From a virus: a stretch of 64,000 nucleotides of DNA. The position numbers and the translations under genes were made by a program. The stretch's first letter is position 1. Every line of letters starts with the position of its first letter. The stretch is taken from the IMG/VR virus record IMGVR_UViG_3300022602_004075, positions 4,750-68,749 of that record. One strand, written 5' to 3'. The notes below the pieces were generated by a model. The model had not been told where the DNA came from and did not search any database. It saw only the letters and a program-made list of their open reading frames with translations. This document shows positions 19,117 to 27,366 of this stretch, in pieces.

Positions 19117-20465
19117 TATAATGTCCTATACCATTCTGCCAATGCAGGGAATGTTTGTTCAAAGTTCTTGTTGCGACGTTGGTCGTATTGTTGATAAAAC
19201 AGTTTGAAATCTCTTTGTAAAACAGTTTGTTCCATTGCACCCGAATGTGGTGTTATGACCACATCAAGGTAATCAATTAATCGCTTCAATTGATCAATTT
19301 CAAAGCCATGCAACGCACCGGTGTCTTGGTGTGTTTTGTAAAATGTACTTAATCGTGTTCTATACTGGGTTCGAATATGATCTGGCAATACCAGCGGACT
19401 TTGAAAACTTGGAAAGCGTAATATATTTAGCGAGAAATTGATCGAGTCACGACCGTATTCCAATTTCCAGTTGTATACCATTTCTAAGAAACTGTCCAGG
19501 CTGTCCAAACATAGTGCATTGATGGTTGCCATCACATGCAGGCCGCGGAACTTGCCACTGTTTAACAGGCGTTCTACATTGTTGGCCCAGTCATCAAATA
19601 CCAAACCGTCTCGGACATATTCAGCCTGCAGATTCATAGCTTCGTTACTGGTATATAAATCAACTTCGACGCCATCTATGGCTGTCAGCAATCGATCAAT
19701 GTCTACATCGGTGCCCAGGTTGCTGTTGATTGCAAGACGTGTTGTTGATTTGCCCTTGTTGGTTTTGAACCATTCTATCAGCTTCCAGGTTTCTGCACTC
19801 ATCAGAGGTTCGCCCCCGGTGATGCGCAATTCTTTTAGTGTTCTGTGCAGGTCTGATTCCCACCACTTGTGGAACGCTTCCACATAAGGATTTGGTTCGC
19901 CAAAACGATACAATTGACTTGAATCATGAGTGTGAGTAAAGTGATTGCGTCCGTCGCTGACAAGATTGACATAGGGACCATTTTGTTTGATATCTTTGAC
20001 CCAGGTGCTGCTGAATGCCGGATTACAATAACTGCAAGCAAACTGGCAAGTACGGTCAAACGCAATTTCCAGTGTTTGTAAATCCACGTCTTGATCTGCA
20101 GGAGTATTGTAAGCGAGATCCAAATCTGCGTCATTGTATATAACTGTTTTGTAAACACGGTCGCTGATGTTGTCGCGGCCAATGTCTTCAATCTTCCAGC
20201 AGTATTCACAACCTGTAGGACGTTCGCCCGCTTGCATTTGAGCACGTTCGGATTTTTTCTTTGGCGTATTGTGTAGGGCTTTGGGGTTTGCTTCGACTTC
20301 GGCCACACTGACTTGATGCGGTAGCGGATGATGACACGAAGTGGTCTGTCCTGACCCCAACCAGATGGTAGCATTGTACCACTTGGCTCCACAGAAGCTG
20401 TCCGACTTGATGTCGATCACTCGGCGGCGATATTCTAAATCTGTTTCGTTATTAATTCTCGGCAT
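19116..20465 (-). CDS. Radical SAM protein, AKW/SCxHP subtype (#7)
   Basis: CGAKW...SCHHP...CEYC, then CQFACSYC and GGEP. Confidence 0.9.
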   Translation of the reverse strand: MPRINNETDLEYRRRVIDIKSDSFCGAKWYNATIWLGSGQTTSCHHPLPHQVSVAEVEANPKALHNTPKKKSERAQMQAGERPTGCEYCWKIEDIGRDNISDRVYKTVIYNDADLDLAYNTPADQDVDLQTLEIAFDRTCQFACSYCNPAFSSTWVKDIKQNGPYVNLVSDGRNHFTHTHDSSQLYRFGEPNPYVEAFHKWWESDLHRTLKELRITGGEPLMSAETWKLIEWFKTNKGKSTTRLAINSNLGTDVDIDRLLTAIDGVEVDLYTSNEAMNLQAEYVRDGLVFDDWANNVERLLNSGKFRGLHVMATINALCLDSLDSFLEMVYNWKLEYGRDSINFSLNILRFPSFQSPLVLPDHIRTQYRTRLSTFYKTHQDTGALHGFEIDQLKRLIDYLDVVITPHSGAMEQTVLQRDFKLFYQQYDQRRNKNFEQTFPALAEWYRTL

Positions 20466-21730
20466 TGTTCCAGTTCCGGTATGTAATCTGCAAGTTTAAC
20501 TCCCCTGCTGTGGTCAAGTGTGTCGTTGTAATCAAAAAATGCAGTCAATTGATGTTTATCAAATTCGGTTTGTTTGATCATGTTAATGAAATAATCTACT
20601 TTGTTGGCAAAGTATGATTCGGTACAATAACTTTTTGTTTGCTTCAACTGCTCCAGGCGCTCAATAGCAAGTTCTTTATTGGGAAAATTAAATGGCCAAT
20701 ACACGCCTTTGGAGGACTGGTTTAATAAAATTGTGGGTGGATGCGGTAATACATCATCCAAGAACACCACCAACTCATACAGTCTTGTGATGTTGTACAA
20801 ACTGACAGTGACGTTGACCGAAATATCTTCAGTGATTGTTTTGAGTGTTTCAATATTTTTTGTGATTGTTTCCCAATCAGCTGGCCAACGAATGTATTTA
20901 TTCACCGAGCCATACCCATCCAAACTCAAAGTAAAAGATATATTTTTAAAACGTTTCAACAAAGCCAAAATATTTTTATTTACATTTGTGGTATTTGTAA
21001 TAATGGTCAACGCAATATCAGTGCGTCCTTTACTGATTGCAGTTTCTAAAAATTTAGTGAACTCTGGCATGATAGTGGGTTCGCCACCGGCAATATATAC
21101 CTGTTCTACTGTATCATAATCTACTATTTCTGACAGTTTGGTTTGATTGCTGTTTGGTTTAAATTTCCAATGCAATTTTTTATATTCTTTTTCAAGTTGA
21201 GTGCTGGAAGCCGGGCGGCAAGTACGACAAGCAAGATTGCATAGGTTATCATTGCGTATGTCGTAGTATTTTAATTTTGGTTCTACGTTGTTGATGTCGG
21301 TACTGCCCAATTTGGATAACCACATTTTGGTATAACGCATCCGAGAACTTACACCACCGCTGTCTTCCATTGAATAACAATAGTTGCAAGATTTTACACG
21401 TTCCCCCGATTTCATTGCAGATCTAACTTTTTCAAAATCTGCATCTTTATAAAAATCAAATGAGCTGTTGTTTTCTTTCAAGCTGTCGCTGTAGCAACAC
21501 AATGCAATTTGGTTAGTTTCATTTATGTACATCTGTACAAATGGCAGTATGCAAAACGCCTTGTTGTCAAGCAACTGTTGATCGATCAAAAAACTGCCAG
21601 GAACATAACCAAATTTGCCAACACACTCGTCTTTGATGTTGTCGGGTAACAAATAGAACTGTTCTTCTGATGGGCAATCTGGCCAGGAATCGGCACGTAT
21701 TGTATTATAAAATGATTGCCAGTCGTTCAT
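20435..21730 (-). CDS. Radical SAM protein with Twitch-like domain and short N-terminal module (#8)
   Basis: Likely start MNDW at 21730 (ATGA overlap). CILPF...LCC...CNYC, then CNLACRTC and GGEP. Confidence 0.88.
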   Translation of the reverse strand: MNDWQSFYNTIRADSWPDCPSEEQFYLLPDNIKDECVGKFGYVPGSFLIDQQLLDNKAFCILPFVQMYINETNQIALCCYSDSLKENNSSFDFYKDADFEKVRSAMKSGERVKSCNYCYSMEDSGGVSSRMRYTKMWLSKLGSTDINNVEPKLKYYDIRNDNLCNLACRTCRPASSTQLEKEYKKLHWKFKPNSNQTKLSEIVDYDTVEQVYIAGGEPTIMPEFTKFLETAISKGRTDIALTIITNTTNVNKNILALLKRFKNISFTLSLDGYGSVNKYIRWPADWETITKNIETLKTITEDISVNVTVSLYNITRLYELVVFLDDVLPHPPTILLNQSSKGVYWPFNFPNKELAIERLEQLKQTKSYCTESYFANKVDYFINMIKQTEFDKHQLTAFFDYNDTLDHSRGVKLADYIPELEQCRELITKQI

Positions 21731-23112
21731 TGTTGTCCGTAGTACTTGCACTCGTTCCAAAACTCCCGCATCTCCGGGAAAGTCTCTAAAAAATTGGTTT
21801 GTCGACGCTGATCGTGTTCATTAAAGAAACGATAAAAGTCTGCACGTTGTAGTTTAACATAGCCAGGATCCAAATTGCGACCTTCCTTCATCCAGTCGAT
21901 GTCACGGCGCATACGTTGTACTTCGTAGTCCTTGAATCCGTGAAATGGATCCTCGGCTGTTTCTAAATTCAGCTCCATCCAGTCGGCCACACGTTCCAAT
22001 ACCCCCACATACACTTCAGGCAATATTTGTAAACTTTGCCAAGTGGGTGTGCGTAGTAATGGAGTATCAAACCAAACACGTTGGTAGGTTGTGCTGTGGG
22101 CTCTACGTAGACTCAATATCCAATCCAGCTGGCTTTGTAAGCCCAGTACACTGAGATTGTTCATGGTGATAATAAATGTCAGGCTGTTGCGATATGGAAC
22201 TTCGGTAAGGTATCTTTCAACATAGTGCGACAGTCTACGTGGATCCAACCCGTGTCTAATGTAAGCAGCATGTTTCCAGTTGCCTGAATCCAAGCTGACA
22301 TATTGCATAAAATGTTCAATGTTGGTATTGCATAGATTTTTAACATAGCCCAGGTACCGTTCAAACAGGGCCGGCTCTACAGAGAAGTTACTGGTCACAT
22401 TTAAGTGTAGTTCAGGATTGGGCATGGCCAACACATAGTCAAACACTTTGTAGGTGTTTCGATCCATCAATGGCTCACCGCCGGTCATACGGAAATGTTT
22501 TAGCTGGGGGTACAGTTCAGGCCACCACTCCCAAAATGCGTCAACGTAGGGATTGGCGTCACGAGCAGGAATAGGGCGATTGCGACCAGTAAAGTGACTG
22601 GGATCATTGTGTATAGTGCTAGTAGGATATCCGCCCCAACGATCGGCTTCTGCTTGCCAACTTGAACTAAATTGTGGACTGCAATAACTACAAGCCAAAT
22701 TACAGGCGTGATTAAAATTAACTTCAACATAACTAGGAACCACATCATTTTCTTCTCCGGTTGAATTTTTGATTGTATCGTATGCTTCTGCTGCCCAAGG
22801 TTCGCCTGATCTATAATGACGATCACTCAATTGATCGTGCGCTTCAATATTCCAGCAATAAGAGCACTCGCTGGGTTTTTCGTTTTTAAGCATGATAACA
22901 CGTTGCTGTTTCTTATGCTCGGTGTTGTGTAGTGCACCAGGATTTGTTTTGATTGCTTCTGCGTCAATGGCATGCAAGGGTGGGTGATAGCAACTGTTGT
23001 TGAGCCCGGTGGGCAAATGTAGACTCACCTGCTTCCATTTGGCCAAGCAGAGTGCAGGACCAAGATCCTGTTTCATTTGTTCGGCTGCTGATAAAAACTT
23101 ACTTTTGCTCAT
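21727..23112 (-). CDS. Radical SAM protein, AKW/SCxHP subtype (#9)
   Basis: CLAKW...SCYHP...CSYC, then CNLACSYC and GGEP. Confidence 0.9.
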   Translation of the reverse strand: MSKSKFLSAAEQMKQDLGPALCLAKWKQVSLHLPTGLNNSCYHPPLHAIDAEAIKTNPGALHNTEHKKQQRVIMLKNEKPSECSYCWNIEAHDQLSDRHYRSGEPWAAEAYDTIKNSTGEENDVVPSYVEVNFNHACNLACSYCSPQFSSSWQAEADRWGGYPTSTIHNDPSHFTGRNRPIPARDANPYVDAFWEWWPELYPQLKHFRMTGGEPLMDRNTYKVFDYVLAMPNPELHLNVTSNFSVEPALFERYLGYVKNLCNTNIEHFMQYVSLDSGNWKHAAYIRHGLDPRRLSHYVERYLTEVPYRNSLTFIITMNNLSVLGLQSQLDWILSLRRAHSTTYQRVWFDTPLLRTPTWQSLQILPEVYVGVLERVADWMELNLETAEDPFHGFKDYEVQRMRRDIDWMKEGRNLDPGYVKLQRADFYRFFNEHDQRRQTNFLETFPEMREFWNECKYYGQQ

Positions 23113-23142
23113 TTATATATTTTCTAAGATTTGATGAATTGG

Positions 23143-24039
23143 TCATTCTCTTATCATGGGTCCACGATTGCGAAATTGACTCTTGTAGTGTTGCTTGAAA
23201 AATGCACTGGCATCAGGATCCATATCCACTATAGGCAAACTCAGTTTGGTACGTAAAATATCGCCTATGTTGGCACATTGGTCTGCTCCATCATGTTCAA
23301 AACTTTTCCATAGTGCAGACAACACATCAAAGTTCTGCACATCTCGATAGTTCCACCCTTCCAGCATCATCATATATGTGCCAAGACGTGCTCCATATAT
23401 GGCCCAAAATCCGTTGTCGGCATCGGCTCCCACTGATTGCCAAATACACAGGTTGTCATAGTTGCGACTGTTTACCCGACTTTCAAATTCTTGTAGCGTG
23501 GGCTTGGCACCACGATCTAAACACATCTTGACACCTTCTCTAAAGCCGGCACGCCAGGCTTGGAATGGTGTGGCATTGGGATATGTGGTGCTATAGCAAT
23601 CGGCCATGGCCCAGTAGTTGGGATAAAAGCAAAACTCCACATCGTTGGCCGCGGTTCCATCTGAAGCTTCGTGTGTACGCATTGCGTAAACAAATTCTTT
23701 GGTCCAGCAACTCATACCACCGTTGCCGTACATCAATCCGTTAACAGCGTTACGAGCCCGCCAACGAAAAACGCAAGAGTCATTAGTATTGTTAAGGGCC
23801 AGTTGCAGGTTGAAAAAATCAGGATCTGGAATATTATCTCCGTCAATAAGAATAAAACGGTCTGTATCGCTTGCATCTGCAGCCGCTTTGTGAGCGGCAT
23901 CACTGCCTTTAACTCCGTCCACTCGCTTGGCCCACGGTACCATGTTTTGGATTCTGATCCAGTTGGTTTCTTTGTTTGGTTCGTCATAGGTTAAAAATAT
24001 ACAATCCAAGTCTGCTACATCAATAATTTGGTCGCTCAT
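23143..24039 (-). CDS. Glycosyltransferase-like protein (GT-A, DxD)
   Basis: AHKAAADASDTDRFILIDGDN gives a GT2-like strand followed by DxD. Paralogous to the C-terminus of 2215..4047. Confidence 0.65.
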   Translation of the reverse strand: MSDQIIDVADLDCIFLTYDEPNKETNWIRIQNMVPWAKRVDGVKGSDAAHKAAADASDTDRFILIDGDNIPDPDFFNLQLALNNTNDSCVFRWRARNAVNGLMYGNGGMSCWTKEFVYAMRTHEASDGTAANDVEFCFYPNYWAMADCYSTTYPNATPFQAWRAGFREGVKMCLDRGAKPTLQEFESRVNSRNYDNLCIWQSVGADADNGFWAIYGARLGTYMMMLEGWNYRDVQNFDVLSALWKSFEHDGADQCANIGDILRTKLSLPIVDMDPDASAFFKQHYKSQFRNRGPMIRE

Positions 24040-24385
24040 AAAATTCTGTCTCTGTGTATGTTTCTCCGGATTCTACAATCAATCCAGCGTGTGCTTTTAC
24101 TACTTGAAATCCAGTGCTACCGGGTTCCAATTGTCTTCGATATGCCAGATCAGTTTCTATTTTTATCAATTGGCCTTTGGTCACTCGATAAAGATAATGT
24201 TGCTGATAGGTCTCTTGATCAACCACAACATAATCGCCCGACGCCGGGTGATCGTTGGGTGAATTGGTGCAAAGATAAATGCGCCCTTTGGTATCGTAAT
24301 ACAGTCTGTATTCTGGTTCTATTGTCGGCCATACCACAAGTGCGGCCTTGACTTCATCCCAAAATGCTTGTTCTTCTGGACTCAT
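24020..24385 (-). CDS. Hypothetical protein
   Basis: 121-aa ORF overlapping both neighbours in the operon. Confidence 0.7.
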   Translation of the reverse strand: MSPEEQAFWDEVKAALVVWPTIEPEYRLYYDTKGRIYLCTNSPNDHPASGDYVVVDQETYQQHYLYRVTKGQLIKIETDLAYRRQLEPGSTGFQVVKAHAGLIVESGETYTETEFYERPNY

Positions 24386-25217
24386 AATATTTAATTAATT
24401 CCTGGGTGGCGTATGTTTTATCGTGATAGTGTACTGGATCATATTGATTGAGATTGTTGATCCTGATCATATCTCCATCGCGTTCTGGCATCACAGTTTC
24501 CAACCAGCTGTGTGTATCTGACCAGCCCTGGAAACCAGACTTCATGTGTACAAAATTAACAAAGTCCATGGTAGGCATGGTTACAGATTCTGTGCCCACT
24601 ATCAAACTGGCAATGGCATACAATACATCGGTGCTGGGTGTATCTTCTCTGCAATTTTTTAATTCGTCCCGATACAGATCCCAGTGTTCAAATACCATTT
24701 TGGCCACATTGAAAAAATCTGCGGCCTCGCGACTGTATCTAAAATACATCAATCCATTATAAACATCAGGCAATTGATTGCTGTCAAACAGTTCTCTGTA
24801 CTTTCTCACGCCTGAACGAATACCACGATATGTTTTGGCACCGGTACTTAAACAAACATTTCGTAGTCTAAATGCAGTCCACCAGTGATCAATATTGCGT
24901 GTAAACAACAAATCACTTTCCAGTTTTATTGTTTCTTTAAAAGGCGTAAGACCAAACACTTGCCATTCGTTAGCAAATTTTCTATCATTGGCAGGGTCAT
25001 TATAATCCCGGGGCAAATCAATAATGTAATCAAAAGTACGATGATGACGTTCATCAAGTTTCTCCTTTGTGGCAGCATCTACAATCACTGCATAACTGTT
25101 GTTCTTCTGTGTTGCTTTGACATTGAGTGCTTGCAGATAGGCCAGCTCCAAATAATCCACTGTGTCTGTATTTTGTGCAAATGTAACAAATCCCAACTGT
25201 TCTTTATGTTGGCTCAC
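24354..25217 (-). CDS. Glycosyltransferase-like protein (GT-A, degenerate ESD)
   Basis: TPFKETIKLESDLL and YNGLMYF; paralogue of 25204..26025. Confidence 0.6.
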   Translation of the reverse strand: MSQHKEQLGFVTFAQNTDTVDYLELAYLQALNVKATQKNNSYAVIVDAATKEKLDERHHRTFDYIIDLPRDYNDPANDRKFANEWQVFGLTPFKETIKLESDLLFTRNIDHWWTAFRLRNVCLSTGAKTYRGIRSGVRKYRELFDSNQLPDVYNGLMYFRYSREAADFFNVAKMVFEHWDLYRDELKNCREDTPSTDVLYAIASLIVGTESVTMPTMDFVNFVHMKSGFQGWSDTHSWLETVMPERDGDMIRINNLNQYDPVHYHDKTYATQELIKYYESRRTSILG

Positions 25218-26025
25218 AGACTGCCTCCACTATTTGTTCAAAATCTCTGCTTTGTAAATACTCTTTGTCCATCACATGTATGTTTTGATACGGAACCACT
25301 ATGGCTTTTTCCTTGTGGTAAACTTGTACAAAATTATCAGTCAACATTATGCGTTCAATCTTTTTTTCTATGGTCAGCATGGGCCAAGGAATTCCTTGCG
25401 ATTCATTCAGTGTATAACCATTGACAATGTTGTTGGCCATAGCAAACGCATAGTCATTGCGATAGTTGCCTTCTCTCACGTGATACAACAAAGAATAATA
25501 ATCGTAATTTCTTTGTATGCGACCCACCAAGTTAAAAAACAACCGACTGCGTTCAGTTTTTCTAAAAACTACCACTGTGGCCCAAACAAAAGGCAACCCA
25601 ACAGCACCCATTTCCTCGGCCATTGGGCCAGCTGGTGTTACGCTATGATGCATGAGTCTATAATCAAACGGTGTGTCAAACAATTTTAACAAGCTGTTAT
25701 CCAACACCAGATAGTCAGTGTCTATCAAAACAGTTTCGTGGTACGGACTCAATTCATATGCAAGATAACGATCAAAGTTACGCCATTGCAGTACCTGATT
25801 GTTGGTGTTTCTATATGTACTACCTGATGTATCGATCTTTATTACCTGATCGTAGGCAAATCCAGGTGTGGCATCTGTATCGGTTATCAAGGTTACGGGT
25901 AATTGTAGATGTCGATCAATCAATCGGCTGGTCAAATCAGCTATGCGAACATAGTCAACTGTGCCGGTGTTGAAAGCGAATACTACAACTCCTCTAGATT
26001 TTTCTGAGTCGTTTGAGTTCTGCAT
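25204..26025 (-). CDS. Glycosyltransferase-like protein (GT-A, DTD)
   Basis: SPYHETVLIDTDYL resembles the DxD segment of GT8/GT71-type enzymes; RND motif downstream. Confidence 0.65.
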   Translation of the reverse strand: MQNSNDSEKSRGVVVFAFNTGTVDYVRIADLTSRLIDRHLQLPVTLITDTDATPGFAYDQVIKIDTSGSTYRNTNNQVLQWRNFDRYLAYELSPYHETVLIDTDYLVLDNSLLKLFDTPFDYRLMHHSVTPAGPMAEEMGAVGLPFVWATVVVFRKTERSRLFFNLVGRIQRNYDYYSLLYHVREGNYRNDYAFAMANNIVNGYTLNESQGIPWPMLTIEKKIERIMLTDNFVQVYHKEKAIVVPYQNIHVMDKEYLQSRDFEQIVEAVCEPT

Positions 26026-26308
26026 GTTGTTGATGCCAGGTATTCATCACTTGTTGATAGTGCTCACGTGCCAATTGTAACAATTCTGATCTATTGACCG
26101 CTATGGGATTTTGGTAGGTATCTTCCAGATACAGTTGATCCTCGGGCCAGGTAGTTAAAAAACTGATCAGGTCCATTGATATCAAAAATAAACCTCCGTT
26201 GTAAGGCACGTGCAGATCTGTTTGGATCTTTTCGCGTAGAATACGTTTATTGACCTGGTAATCAGTGGCCAGACGTATTTCGGCTGTGAGTTTTTCGAGT
26301 TCAGTCAT
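25994..26308 (-). CDS. Hypothetical protein, first gene of the modification operon
   Basis: 104-aa ORF just downstream of the sigma70-like promoter. Confidence 0.7.
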   Translation of the reverse strand: MTELEKLTAEIRLATDYQVNKRILREKIQTDLHVPYNGGLFLISMDLISFLTTWPEDQLYLEDTYQNPIAVNRSELLQLAREHYQQVMNTWHQQHAELKRLRKI

Positions 26309-26311
26309 ATA

Positions 26312-26353
26312 GAATAAAAGGTGTAGATAGCTATTATACTACTCTACACCTTT
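26312..26353 (-). terminator. Intrinsic terminator for the minus-strand virion transcript
   Basis: Inverted repeat AAAGGTGTAGA (26317-26327) / TCTACACCTTT (26343-26353). On the minus strand the stem runs into TTTTATTCT. Confidence 0.6.
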
Positions 26354-26361
26354 AAGGTCAA
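26333..26361 (-). promoter_or_regulatory. sigma70-like promoter for the modification operon
   Basis: Minus strand TTGACC (26361-26356), 17-nt spacer, TATAAT (26338-26333). Confidence 0.7.
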
Positions 26362-26377
26362 CCTAATTAATCAGGTA

Positions 26378-27346
26378 TTAAGATACTACGATTGTGCTTC
26401 CTACTGTGCCCCAACTGTTGTTTGTCAAGTAAGTGGATTCTGGGTAAATGATATTGACCTGGTGTGTCCAAGTGGTATTGATAGTTTGGTTAAACAGGTT
26501 GTTGGAGTTGTGTGCCGCTGCATACAAGTACATGTCAATGTAAAATACAGTTCCAACGTCTCCATTGGATCCTTGTGTGCCGTTGGTACGTATAGCAACC
26601 TGAGCATAGTCACCGGTGTAGGTATAAGCAGTACTGGTAATTTGTGATATGCTGGTACCACCCAAGAATGAACCACTTGCGCCACAGTTGAAATAACCGT
26701 AACCGGTGTTGTTGGTGGTTTGACTGTTGCCCGAACCACTGCGTCCTGAATTTGAAAGTGCACCAAAAGTAATGGTACCAATACTGGTAATACAACCAGC
26801 CAAGTCAGTTGAACGAGTACTGCCCGAACCTGATCCACTCATGACAATTTGGATTTGTCCGCCAGCGTTGAAGAAATAACGCATGGCATCTGTACTGGCA
26901 CTGAATGTTATGGCACGAGTAATTGACAATGACTGAGCTGCATAGGTGTTACCAACTGACAAGTTAGGAGTGTATGATGATCCGGCAACGTTACTGCCTT
27001 GACCTGCACCGTAAAGAAGGTGGTTGTTGTAAAGTGTGTTGATAGCGCCTTGCAAACCACTTTGAGCAATGTTCAAAGTAGCACTGGTTGGAACAGTAAG
27101 AGCTGTTGCGGCATTGCTTTGATGACGGTTTGCGGCATTGATAGTGTTGATCAAACTGGCCCATTGTGTTGCAGTTACCAAACCGGCACTGGTAGCTGAC
27201 TGACTCACCGCAGTTTGTCCGTAACCATATTGTCCATTTCCGGTGGCCCAAACTGTGTTTAAAGCATTGTTGGAGGTACCGACAGAAGGGCCAACAAAAT
27301 TGTTGTATTCTGCTGTTGTTATTAACTGGCCGCTTGCGTATGTCAT
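26378..27346 (-). CDS. Virion structural or tail-associated protein
   Basis: S/T/G/N-rich, RYFFNAGG motif, AAGGAA RBS; last gene of the tail module. Confidence 0.65.
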   Translation of the reverse strand: MTYASGQLITTAEYNNFVGPSVGTSNNALNTVWATGNGQYGYGQTAVSQSATSAGLVTATQWASLINTINAANRHQSNAATALTVPTSATLNIAQSGLQGAINTLYNNHLLYGAGQGSNVAGSSYTPNLSVGNTYAAQSLSITRAITFSASTDAMRYFFNAGGQIQIVMSGSGSGSTRSTDLAGCITSIGTITFGALSNSGRSGSGNSQTTNNTGYGYFNCGASGSFLGGTSISQITSTAYTYTGDYAQVAIRTNGTQGSNGDVGTVFYIDMYLYAAAHNSNNLFNQTINTTWTHQVNIIYPESTYLTNNSWGTVGSTIVVS

Positions 27347-27366
27347 TTACTGTTGTTCCTTTATTC

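Noticed and set aside
10898-23112. rSAMs as QueE (7-deazaguanine DNA modification), NrdG or MoaA
   Set aside because: No queC/queD/folE/dpdA, nrdD or moaC genes are in the window, and the sizes and N-terminal Cys domains do not fit those families.
200-26308. A bacterial O-antigen/capsule locus or a chimeric host contig
   Set aside because: There are no flippase, polymerase or export genes. The cluster is contiguous with the tail genes, and its paralogues recur between phage core genes.
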